Assembly (NCBI GenBank): GCA_031388805.1
Contig: JANMRZ010000112.1
Coordinates: 17,885 to 81,884, forward strand
Length of the DNA stretch: 64,000 bases
Source of the DNA: Chryseolinea sp.
GTDB taxonomy: Bacteria > Bacteroidota > Bacteroidia > Cytophagales > Cyclobacteriaceae
Direction: 5' to 3'
Within the stretch, counting starts at the first letter, position 1; each line of letters opens with the position of its first letter. Below, piece after piece: positions 28,691 through 38,800 of the stretch. Position numbers and translations under genes: made by a program. The notes under the pieces are model-generated. The model made no database searches and had not been told where the DNA came from. It worked only from the letters and a program-made list of their open reading frames with translations.

Positions 28691-29059
28691 ATGCAACGGG
28701 ACACCGAGAAAATAAAATTCACACTTCGTCCGGATAGTATTATGCAGATTGAATGTGTACCGAATACCATTATGACGCTGGAGGAAGGTAAGCTTAGCAC
28801 AAAGATGTTGGGTGAAATGGTGAATCAGAATCCTCTGCCACTATTATGCGATCTGACCAATGTTGTTAAAATGGCACAAGAATGCCGGAATCATTTTGCC
28901 GGGCCAGAACACGCGAAGGTATTTACAAAGTGTGCTTTGGTTGTCACCAGTCCGATCAGTAAAATCATAGGCAATTTTTTCCTGGGTGCTAATAAGCCGT
29001 TACGTCCAACACGCCTGTTTACAAGTGTTGAAGAAGGATTGGTGTGGCTCAAGAAGTAG
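28691..29059 (+). CDS. STAS/SEC14-like small protein (tandem paralogue)
   Basis: Aligns end to end with 28280..28648. Confidence 0.72.
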   Translation: MQRDTEKIKFTLRPDSIMQIECVPNTIMTLEEGKLSTKMLGEMVNQNPLPLLCDLTNVVKMAQECRNHFAGPEHAKVFTKCALVVTSPISKIIGNFFLGANKPLRPTRLFTSVEEGLVWLKK

Positions 29060-29231
29060 ATAAGTTTGTCGCTTTAAATTCAGCAAAGTTGTTAAGTTAT
29101 TGTTAATCGATTTCGAAATCCATTTTCATTCCCCGTTCATCAAAAATTGCTTACAAAGTCCGTATCCATTTCTTAAATTAATTGTTCTATTCAGGAAGTA
29201 GTTCGATCCGTCGGGAATAACGCATCAAAAA

Positions 29232-29690
29232 ATGGCAACATACACTTTACAAATCAATGGCAAATCTCTCTCTGCCGATGTAGAATCCGATACTCCACTA
29301 TTGTGGGTATTGCGTGATCATTTGGGATTAGTCGGTACAAAGTATGGATGTGGAATTGCACAATGTGGTGCATGTACCGTTCATTTAAATGGAAGCGCAG
29401 TGCGCTCGTGCTCAATACCGGTTTCGGCAATTGGTGTTGGAAAAATAACTACGATTGAAGGTCTCTCTGAAAAAGGAGATCATCCGGTGCAACAAGCGTG
29501 GAGTGAGGTGGATGTTCCGCAATGTGGTTATTGTCAGGCCGGGCAGATTATGTCGGCAGCAGCTTTGTTGACGAAAAATCCAAAACCAACGAAAGAACAA
29601 ATCGACACAGCAATGAACGGTAATATTTGCCGGTGTGGTACCTATCATCGCATTCACGAAGCCATTACACTTGCTTCTTCCAAACATTAA
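29232..29690 (+). CDS. 2Fe-2S subunit of an isoquinoline 1-oxidoreductase/xanthine dehydrogenase-family enzyme (IorA-like)
   Basis: [31 protein letters not shown]. Confidence 0.92.
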   Translation: MATYTLQINGKSLSADVESDTPLLWVLRDHLGLVGTKYGCGIAQCGACTVHLNGSAVRSCSIPVSAIGVGKITTIEGLSEKGDHPVQQAWSEVDVPQCGYCQAGQIMSAAALLTKNPKPTKEQIDTAMNGNICRCGTYHRIHEAITLASSKH

Positions 29691-29702
29691 TCAATCACTG
29701 CC

Positions 29703-31865
29703 ATGTCAACTTTATTCAAAACAAACAGACGCGATTTTCTGAAGATGGCTACAACAGCCACAGGTGGATTGATACTGGGATTTCATTGGAACAGTGCTGA
29801 AGCATCATCCATGAAAGTGTTAGATGCTGCTGTGCTTCCTGCTGGTGATATTAATTTCAATAGCTACTTATCCATTTCCTCGGATGATGTGATAACGATT
29901 TTTTCACCGAATCCCGAATTAGGTCAGAATATCAAAACATCTTTTCCCATGATCGTAGCTGAAGAACTGGATGCCGATTGGAAAAAAGTGAAAGTGATAC
30001 AAGCTTCATTAGACACTAAAAAATATGAGCGTCAATTAACCGGTGGGAGCGGTGCGATTCCACATTCATGGGAACGCCTGCGTAAAGCAGGAGCTACTGC
30101 GAAGCAAATGTTAATTGAAGCAGCTGCGAAGAGATGGAATGTTTCTCCTGCTTCATTGAAAGCAGAGAACAGTGTTGTGATGGATGTTGCCGGTGGAAGG
30201 AAACTTACCTATGGTGAACTGGCAACGGAAGCGTCATCGATAACTATTCCAACAGATGTAAAACTTAAAGACAAAAAAGATTTTATACTGATTGGTACCG
30301 CTGTTCATAACGTGGACAATCTGGAAATGATTACCGGTAAGCCACTGTATGGTTTGGATTTCTATCGTGAAGGTATGTTGTTCGCGATGATTCAACGACC
30401 GCTTTCCTTTGGGATGAAAATCAAATCAGTTGATGCAACAGCAGCAAAAGCAATGAATGGAATTGTGGATGTTGTTACCTTTAAAAATAATGTGGCGGTT
30501 GTAGGTAAGTCGACCTGGCAAATCAACAAAGCGCGTAAACTATTAAAGATTGAATACGAGAAAGAAGGTAACATTGAAAGTACATCGGATCACGATCGGA
30601 TTTTTAAAGAATTACTTGATAGTAAAGAAGCGACAGTAAGAAGAAAAGATGGTGATGTTGATGCAGCGTTCAAATCCGCAGCAAAAGTAATTACGCGCGA
30701 ATATCAATGTCCATTTCTTTCACATAGTCCGATGGAGCCAATGAATTTCTTTGCGCATGTGCGTGAAGATGGAGTAGAGTTAGTCGGCCCTTCTCAAACA
30801 CCTGACTTGGCACGCAACGAAATTGCAAAGTTATTGAATGTCGCCCCAGAGAATATCACGCTTGAACTTACTCGATTGGGTGGTGGCTTCGGCCGAAGAT
30901 TAAAAACAGATTATGCATTGGAGGCTGCTGAACTTTCGAGTTTGATTAAAGCACCCGTAAAAGTAATCTGGACGCGTGAAGATGATATGAGCGGAGGAAG
31001 TTATCGGCCTGCAGTTCGGTATCGTTTTGAAGCAGCATTGGATGCTAACGGAAATATGATTGGATACAAATTGCGTGGAGTAGGAATTAATGTGGGTAAT
31101 TCTACCCGCGAGGATAATTTTCCCTCTGGAGCAGTGGATAATCTTTTAATTGATTCCATCGAACACAAGTCACCGATTACAACCGGTGCGTGGCGCGCAC
31201 CGATCACGAATTTTCTTGCCTATGCGGAGCAGGCATTTCTTGATGAAGTAGCGGTTGCAGCCAAGCAAGATCCTGTACAATTCCGATTAAATCTTTTAGA
31301 GCGAGCGAAGAAGACACCAGTGGGTGCAATTAAATATGACATCGATCGTATGAAAGGTGTAATTGAATTGGCTGCGGAAAAATCAGGATGGGGTAAAAAG
31401 AAAAATATACATCAAGGATTTTCAGTTTACTTTTCACATCGTTCGTATGTAGCGCAAGTCGCAGAGGTAACGATGAAAAATGGTAAACCCATGATTCAGA
31501 AAATTTATGCGGCTGCCGATTGTGGCATTGTCGTAAACTTAAGCGGGGCATATCAACAAGTGAAGGGTGGAATAGTAGATGGTATGGGGCACGCACTTTT
31601 TGGAAACCTGACTTTTAAAGACGGAGCTGTCGAACAAAGAAATTATAATAGTTATCGGTTGATCCGGATGAAAGAAGTTCCTGAGGTGGAAGTTCACTTT
31701 GTGAATAATGGAATTGATCCAACAGGTTTAGGTGAACCCGCGCTTCCACCAACAGGAGGTGCTATTGCAAATGCTATATTCAAAGCAACAGGTAAGCGGT
31801 TGTATAATCAGCCTTTTAATAAACAGGAGGAAATGCAAGGGGTTAATTTAGGAGAGAGAATGTAG
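29703..31865 (+). CDS. Molybdopterin-binding subunit (IorB-like) with a Tat signal
   Basis: NRRDFLK twin-arginine motif; ELGQNI, GGGFGRR, WRAP, GLGEP. Confidence 0.9.
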   Translation: MSTLFKTNRRDFLKMATTATGGLILGFHWNSAEASSMKVLDAAVLPAGDINFNSYLSISSDDVITIFSPNPELGQNIKTSFPMIVAEELDADWKKVKVIQASLDTKKYERQLTGGSGAIPHSWERLRKAGATAKQMLIEAAAKRWNVSPASLKAENSVVMDVAGGRKLTYGELATEASSITIPTDVKLKDKKDFILIGTAVHNVDNLEMITGKPLYGLDFYREGMLFAMIQRPLSFGMKIKSVDATAAKAMNGIVDVVTFKNNVAVVGKSTWQINKARKLLKIEYEKEGNIESTSDHDRIFKELLDSKEATVRRKDGDVDAAFKSAAKVITREYQCPFLSHSPMEPMNFFAHVREDGVELVGPSQTPDLARNEIAKLLNVAPENITLELTRLGGGFGRRLKTDYALEAAELSSLIKAPVKVIWTREDDMSGGSYRPAVRYRFEAALDANGNMIGYKLRGVGINVGNSTREDNFPSGAVDNLLIDSIEHKSPITTGAWRAPITNFLAYAEQAFLDEVAVAAKQDPVQFRLNLLERAKKTPVGAIKYDIDRMKGVIELAAEKSGWGKKKNIHQGFSVYFSHRSYVAQVAEVTMKNGKPMIQKIYAAADCGIVVNLSGAYQQVKGGIVDGMGHALFGNLTFKDGAVEQRNYNSYRLIRMKEVPEVEVHFVNNGIDPTGLGEPALPPTGGAIANAIFKATGKRLYNQPFNKQEEMQGVNLGERM

Positions 31866-32080
31866 GTTTGATTATTTCTATAGTGCATATTCATTCATGT
31901 AGGCTGATTTATTAGGTCGTATGTTTTGAGATGTAAGTTTTAATGAGTGACATAATATTTTTCTAGCAAGCTCGTAGAGGCATTCAGTATTTTGAATCTC
32001 TGCATGTAATGAAGAGTGCTTGCATCTATCCACTTTCAGAGCAGACGCGCGTGGTGTCAAGAGCATTTCATATTTAGATT

Positions 32081-32300
32081 GTAGGCGCGCGTACTAAAAC
32101 AAGAATGGGGCAACTCGCTCGTGGCGAGTTGCCCCATTCTTGTTTTAGTAAATCCCTCACAGCAATCTTGCTACTAGCAAGATTGCTGTGAGGGATTCTT
32201 TTTGCGCGGCCTGCTTGTGAATTCTGTGATTCGATTTTTCACTCCGCGCATGGCACACTTTTATTCTGTTCAAAAAATCTTTTTTAATAAAGAATCTTAA
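32081..32300 (+). repeat. Multi-hairpin repeat element, copy A (candidate structured ncRNA or non-autonomous mobile element)
   Basis: 27-bp perfect stem (32092-32150), 23-bp perfect palindrome (32151-32197), third stem TGCGCGG/CCGCGCA; homologous to 35662..35880. Confidence 0.8.
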
Positions 32301-32411
32301 GTAGCCATCTCTTCAACTTGTTTTTTTTGGGCGTAGCAAACTAAAATTTTACTCAAGTTTTTTTTTGCAAAAATCATACTTTAAATTACAACAAACCCTA
32401 ACCCTAACTCT

Positions 32412-35348
32412 ATGAAAACCTGCTTTGCAAGAACGCCTTCTTTACCGTTATTAACCAGCGTCATCCTACTGTTCTTCGCGCAGTTATCCATGGCACAACG
32501 GGCTGAGCCTGTAATTACCAACATAACCCACGGAGGCCGTGCGCTGGCAATTGCTACCCGGCATGATAATCCCGATCACTTGATAGTTGCTTCCGAAACC
32601 GGTGGCCTCTTTCGGTCGGCCGATGGTGGATCTAACTGGCGACAAGTGAGTGGTAATTTTACATATGAATTTTCTCATGTGGCTTTTGCTCCCTTTAATA
32701 ATCAACTCGTTATCGCAACAGCGTACAAAGATTTTCGGAAAGTATCCGGTGGCGGTATCTGGCGCAGTACAAATAGCGGGGGTAGCTTTACAAAAGTAAG
32801 TACACCTTTGGAAGGATGCAGTAAACGAGAAGAAGCTTTCGCAGTTGCTTTTGAACCCAACTCCACACGCATCTGGACAGGTACTGCGTGCGGCTTGTTT
32901 TATAGTGACGATGAAGGATCGACCTGGACGGCTTTACCTGCCAGCGGCTCATATACAAGACAGCCCATTTATGCTGTTAAGGTTCCGGCACCGGGGAAAT
33001 TAAGAATCATGACGGCTAATTCAGTGCTTATAAGTGAAGACCGTGGCATAACCTGGTTTACTTCCTCTGTAGGAGTGCCTACTACCATTGTTGATTACAA
33101 TCAAAGTAAATCTTTTAATCAACTTGCTGTTTCTCCTCTTGATCCGAATCATATTTTTTGGGCAGTTGCCTTTAATGAAGAACGATACTTCAATGACCAG
33201 AATGGCGTTAGGCAAAGAATACTAGCTGCTATTACGGCCATCTTTCTCTCCACCGATAATGGTGTAAGTTGGAGGGAACTTCATCGCGAAGAACTCCCTC
33301 GCCACAATCGGCCAGTATCCGTAATACTCACAAGCGGTAACGGCACCTTGTATGAGTTGTACTTTAATAATGGCGTCGGCTCAAGCAAAGCTCTTATCGG
33401 TACCATTAATAACCAGTTGCAAGCCGGAGCTTGGCTTCCACTCGCCTCCATACCACATCTGGATAACATTGATGTTTCCTTTTTAGCGGATGGCCGCACG
33501 CTGAATATGCTTGCGGGTGATGGCGGCATTTATAAAACTACTAATAACGGCAGAACATTTACTCCGGCAGGGTTTCACCGTAATGGATATAATGCCTTGC
33601 AACTGTACCAGGTGGCTGGGCAATTAAAAAACGGAACTAACACATCAACACTCTATTTAGGCACACAGGATAACGGATTTTGGTCTTCTACCATTGCGAA
33701 TGGTGTAAGTTCAACCTGGCCGGAAAGTCAGTCTTTATCAGGCGAAGGACGTTTCATTGAATTGCTTAGGCGCCACACCGGAGGATTGAATGCAGTTACC
33801 GGTACTTATTGCTGTAGTCGATTTATTGCAGATCCTCTATTCCAAAACTCAAGAACGTTTCCCGGTTGCCCCGGCGAAGCAGAAGCGCCCAAGTTGCTCG
33901 GTGTACCAGCGCACTATCTACAGCAGTCTACGTGGAGCATGGACTACGGTACACCTTACTTTTTTTCATTTGGCCTCGGATCATGGCAATCCAGGTTTAA
34001 CATTAGCCGTGGTGAGTTGCCTTCAAGCTTTCCTCAAATAAGCGGAAGAAATAGTGCCGACCCTGTGGTATTTATCACGACACGATCGAACAATTCCAAT
34101 ATGCCCCATGAGGAATTGCAACGGATCACGGGAGTGATGAACCTCTCAAGCGGAACCCCCATCAAATCAACTATAGAAGGTTATGGAAAGATGGGAGCTT
34201 CCAACATCGGCTTCGCTTTTGAAAGACTCTTTGCAGTCAATCCAAAAGACCCTTATCACATTATCGTTCCTGATTTGGATAGTGGGAGGGTGCGCGTGAC
34301 ATATACCGGAGGCCGCACGTGGGAGTACGATGATGTGCTCACTAACTTGGTGACTGATAATGGCACGTTTATGTTTAATCAAAGCGATACCTTATTTATT
34401 TCCGCTATCAATTTCCACCCCGACAACACCAATACTATTCTTGTAGGTACGCGACAAAATGGTGCCTTCCTCACCAATGATCGTGGGACCACCTGGAAAA
34501 AGATTGAGAACAGTGAGAACATTCCCCTCATCACTTCATTTTATTTTGAATCAGAAGGAGCCGAGATCTCAAGCTATGGTCGCGGGTTGTGGCATATCCC
34601 CTCCATTGCAAAAGAATTACCTAAAGTCCACTATGAAAAGTATTTGCAGTGGCTGCCATATTTTTATCGTGGATGTTTCTTTCCATTGAATTCTATCATC
34701 CATCCGGAAGAATTAAATGCCGTAAGGCTTATGAGCGTAAATAAGGGATGCATCACAGGTTATGAAACCGATGAAGAAGGAAATCTGACTTCTATTTACA
34801 TCGACAAAGGTGAAGTTACTGTTATGGACTTGGCGGGTATGCCTGATAAGAAGTTTGATATTCCCGTGAAGATCGGAAAAGGAAAAGTCACTGGCATAGA
34901 CGAAGAGGCACAGCTAACAGCAAGAAAAAATAAATGGAATATTAAAGGACTCCTGATTGAAGGCAAAAAATTAAAAGGTCCCGTGTACTTTGGCAAAGAT
35001 CTTAACGCTGAGCATTTGCCAAAGCCCCGGAAAGAAGGGCATTTCTTTGCACTCAACCTTCCCCCTACCGCTGATGGTTATCGCATTAGTTCCTTCACCG
35101 ATGATGTGCAACTGCAAGGTTCAGGTTGGGATCCGTCCACGCCAATCCAGATACTGATGGATGGCCAAACCTGGCAAGATAAGGTCGAGCCCAAATTTGA
35201 TTCAAACGGAAACTTGCAGATGTCTTTGTATTTGTCTCCATCCTTAGGCAAGCACACCCTGACACTATCACAAAAGACAACAACAGGTTTTCTTAGTGCC
35301 TCTACGGTCATCAATTATAACTTTGATGAAGAGTATGAAGAAAAATAA
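32412..35348 (+). CDS. Secreted BNR/Asp-box beta-propeller protein with an unrecognised C-terminal region
   Basis: Signal peptide; eight Asp-box-like motifs (SADGGSNW, STNSGGSF, SDDEGSTW, SEDRGITW, STDNGVSW, TTNNGRTF, TYTGGRTW, TNDRGTTW). Confidence 0.75.
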   Translation: MKTCFARTPSLPLLTSVILLFFAQLSMAQRAEPVITNITHGGRALAIATRHDNPDHLIVASETGGLFRSADGGSNWRQVSGNFTYEFSHVAFAPFNNQLVIATAYKDFRKVSGGGIWRSTNSGGSFTKVSTPLEGCSKREEAFAVAFEPNSTRIWTGTACGLFYSDDEGSTWTALPASGSYTRQPIYAVKVPAPGKLRIMTANSVLISEDRGITWFTSSVGVPTTIVDYNQSKSFNQLAVSPLDPNHIFWAVAFNEERYFNDQNGVRQRILAAITAIFLSTDNGVSWRELHREELPRHNRPVSVILTSGNGTLYELYFNNGVGSSKALIGTINNQLQAGAWLPLASIPHLDNIDVSFLADGRTLNMLAGDGGIYKTTNNGRTFTPAGFHRNGYNALQLYQVAGQLKNGTNTSTLYLGTQDNGFWSSTIANGVSSTWPESQSLSGEGRFIELLRRHTGGLNAVTGTYCCSRFIADPLFQNSRTFPGCPGEAEAPKLLGVPAHYLQQSTWSMDYGTPYFFSFGLGSWQSRFNISRGELPSSFPQISGRNSADPVVFITTRSNNSNMPHEELQRITGVMNLSSGTPIKSTIEGYGKMGASNIGFAFERLFAVNPKDPYHIIVPDLDSGRVRVTYTGGRTWEYDDVLTNLVTDNGTFMFNQSDTLFISAINFHPDNTNTILVGTRQNGAFLTNDRGTTWKKIENSENIPLITSFYFESEGAEISSYGRGLWHIPSIAKELPKVHYEKYLQWLPYFYRGCFFPLNSIIHPEELNAVRLMSVNKGCITGYETDEEGNLTSIYIDKGEVTVMDLAGMPDKKFDIPVKIGKGKVTGIDEEAQLTARKNKWNIKGLLIEGKKLKGPVYFGKDLNAEHLPKPRKEGHFFALNLPPTADGYRISSFTDDVQLQGSGWDPSTPIQILMDGQTWQDKVEPKFDSNGNLQMSLYLSPSLGKHTLTLSQKTTTGFLSASTVINYNFDEEYEEK

Positions 35349-35661
35349 ATATCCTAAATAATTCTCGGTTGATGAATACGTTGATTCGGTAATTTAGAGA
35401 CATTACAGCCTCACTTTGACCGCATACAATTGGCGAGGGCGTATTCGGAATGGTATTTGGCTATTGTATTTCAATGTCAATATTTTTTTGAAGGAGGGAG
35501 CGTGGCTCTAAACTTGGGGTATAATCTGTAAGTAGAAGACAAGTTTGCTTACTCTGTTGTAGTTCCAGACTCAATATCCTCGTGGACACCATACAAATGT
35601 TAACTTCTATCTACTTTCGGAGTAAATGCACGACAGGTCAAAAGCATTCTATAGGTAAATG

Positions 35662-35880
35662 GAAGGCCTGCGTTAAAATGCAAGAAAGGGCAACTTGCTT
35701 CTGGCGAGTTGCCCTTTCTTGTGTCAGTAAATTCCTCACTGCAATCTTGCTACTAGCAAGATTGCAGTGAGGAATTCTTTTTGCGCGGCCTGCTTGTGAA
35801 CTTCTGTGCTTCGATTTTCGCTCTGCGCAATGCACACTTTTTATTCTGTGTGGAGAGTCTTTTACAATAAAGAATCTTAA
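35662..35880 (+). repeat. Multi-hairpin repeat element, copy B
   Basis: 18-bp stem with one G-T pair (35681-35721), perfect 23-bp palindrome (35730-35776), CTTTTTGCGCGGCCTGCTTGTGAA identical to copy A, and the shared end AATAAAGAATCTTAA. Confidence 0.8.
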
Positions 35881-35899
35881 CTCCGATGACGAGTTTTAC

Positions 35900-38800
35900 T
35901 TATTCTGTCCTGGCACCGGATTCAATATTCTCCTGAACATCATACGAATGTTTACTTTCTTTTTGCTGATATTCTTTTGGTGACAATCCAAATTCAGTTT
36001 TGAAACACTTGGAAAAGTAGGATAAATTAGAGAAGCCTACTTCGTACATAATCTCAGAGATGTTACCTTCTTTATTTTTCAGCAGCAACGAAGCTTTTTT
36101 GATTCTATATTTTTTTATGATTTCGTTAGCCGATATGTGTGTTAAGGACTTAAGCTTGCGATAGAGATGTGTTGAACTCATTCCCATTTCTTCGCTCAAC
36201 ACTTCTACACTAAACTCATTATTGGAAATATTGGCTTCGATGGTGTTCATCACTTTCTTTAAAAACCGATCGTCTTCATTTTCTTTTCCTGATTCGGTTT
36301 GAGGTTGTGTGATGAGTTCGTGTTTAAAATATTGAGCAAGCTCTTCTTTTCTTTCCAGGAGATGGTCGATGTGTGCTTCCAGTAATTCTACTTCGAATGG
36401 TTTGGTGAGGTAGATATCTGCCCCCATTCGTATACCTTCAATCTTGTGTGTGGTAAGACTTTTGGCAGTTAGCAATATGATGGGTATGTGACTCGTCTTA
36501 TTATCCTGTTTTACTTTTTTGCACAGTTCAAGTCCATCCATTACGGGCATCATAATGTCACTGATGATGATCTCAGGTAGCAGCATGTGTGCCTTGTGTA
36601 ATCCATCTTCACCATTCTCTGCAGTTATAAAATTATATTTCTCTTTTAGGGAAAGGAGAATGAAGTCAATCATATCTACATTATCTTCTACCAAAAGGAT
36701 CAATGGTTTTTTCGAACGTAAATTAAATTGATACTGTTGATCCGCACTTTCCGCTGGCTTTGTTGCAAGAATGTTTATTTCTTTTCCTTCCAGACTTTTA
36801 TCAACTGGAAAATGTGCATCACCTAAGGGTAAGTAAATGTTAAAGTTACTGCCCATACCTTTGCTGCTGATCAATTTGATTTCACCGCGATGTAACTTGG
36901 TGTACTCAGCAACCAGTGTCAAACCAATTCCTGATCCATCTTCCATTATTTTTGCATCGGTTGATTGATAGAATTGTTCGAATATTTTTGTTTGCTCTTC
37001 TTGCGCGATGCCAATGCCTGAATCAATGACTGAAAGTCTAACAGCACCATTGTTAAAAGCTACTGTATTATCAAGGTCAATCGTAAATTCTATTTTCCCT
37101 TTTTTCGGAGTGAACTTAAAAGCATTTGAGAGGAGATTGAAAATAATAATCTCTACTTTTTCTTTGTCGGCCCAAACCTGGCACTCTTTGATTTTAGTTT
37201 TAAATGTAAAATCAATTTCGTTTCGCGCGGCACGGTCAGAAAAAAGACTAAACAAATCCTGACTGAAGGGTACAAGATCAAACCAGCTTATTTTAAGCGA
37301 TTGATTTTCATGCTCCAGTTTTCTGAAATCCAAAACCTGATTGATAAGACGAAGCAAGCGCTGTGAGTTTTTCTCTGCTAAGGTTATCAGGCTTTTATTC
37401 TCCTCATTCAGATTTCCTTTTTTTAATATTTGCTGAAGGGGTGGAATAATCAAACTGATAGGTGTTCTTAATTCGTGTGATATGTTGGTGAAGAATTGTT
37501 GTTTGGTTTGTACAATTTCTTCTGCATGATCTTTTTGAAGAAGCGCAATTTTTAGTTCGTTCTTTAGTTTGATACGAATTACATAAATCCGAAGTGAAAT
37601 GATAAGAGTGGCCAGCGCCAGGATAGCATACATAAAAATAAAAGCTGGACTTAAAAATAAAGGAGGCTTAACAATGATTTTCACAGAGGCTACCTTGTTG
37701 CTCCATACTCCGTAGTTATTCGTTCCCTTAACATAGAGTGTATAGCTTCCAGATGAAAGATTGGAATAGACAGCAAAGTTTTTCAACCCGGAAACATATT
37801 TCCAGTCGTCATCAAATCCTTCGAGCTTGTAGGCGTAAACATTAATGTCGGGTTGCCAATAATGGAGAGAAGAGAATTCAAAGGTTACGGAGCGTTGGGC
37901 ATAATCTAATGTGAGATCTTTGGTAAACGATATGTCTTCTGTTAAAATCACTTGATCGTTTATCTCATGGTTAGGCAAAACGATTTTGTTGTTTAATTCC
38001 AGCGATGTGATGAGAACATCCGGCTGATAGTGATTTGGTTTAATATCAGTTTGAAAGGTTATGTAGCCGTTGTCACCACCGAATATTAATTCACCATCAT
38101 TATTCTTCGCTGAACAATCGGTGTAAAATGTTTTCAGTGGCAAGTCTTTGTCCAGTGGAAATAGTTCAGTTGTATTCTCGCTGGGTGAAAATTTGAGAAC
38201 AAATTTATCGGCAGCAGCCCAGATGTTTCCAAAATTATCGCTGATGATATTATTCAAGTCAATATCGTTACCGGTAACAATGGGATGAAAGATTGCGGAA
38301 TCAATACCCGGTTTGTATTCAATAAGACCATTCAATGTACCTGTCCACAAACTTCCTTTTGTTGAATAATACGGACTATAAATGTCTTTGCCTTTAGCGA
38401 TAGCATTGAAGGCTTGCACTTTTTTTGTTGCGTATGAGCTTAAATCGATCCGGTATAATTCATTTGCATGGACTCCCCATAGTGCATTTAGGGCATAGGT
38501 ATTTTTCTCAGAAGCGAAATCGCCTACAAATTCAAATCGGATGTTGGTCAGATCATCAAATCCTGAAACCACTTTAAAGAGACCGCCTTCCCAGGCACTT
38601 ACCCAAAATGATCCATCAGCTCCTTTAATAAATTTTGCAATGTAATTTGAAGTCAACTTGTTTTCAGTGTTAGCAGTGATGGCATGCATCACTTGCTTTT
38701 TTTCATCCCACACATTGATACCTCCGGCCGTTCCGATCCAGATTCTTTCCTGGTCATCTTCTTCGAGCGTAAACACATTATTGAGGAGTAACCGATCTGA

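Noticed and set aside
31878-32066. 62-aa minus-strand ORF next to repeat copy A as a possible transposase or toxin
   Set aside because: No HUH/DDE motif or hydrophobic helix, and no counterpart beside copy B.
32092-32197. Treating the long hairpins as ordinary Rho-independent terminators
   Set aside because: The stems are 23-27 bp, tandem, embedded in a 220-bp conserved unit with further stems, and copy A lies upstream of a same-strand gene. A terminator role is possible but does not explain the conservation.
32412-35348. Calling the propeller protein a GH33 sialidase or GH74 xyloglucanase
   Set aside because: Asp boxes are not diagnostic, and I could not identify the catalytic signatures of either family.
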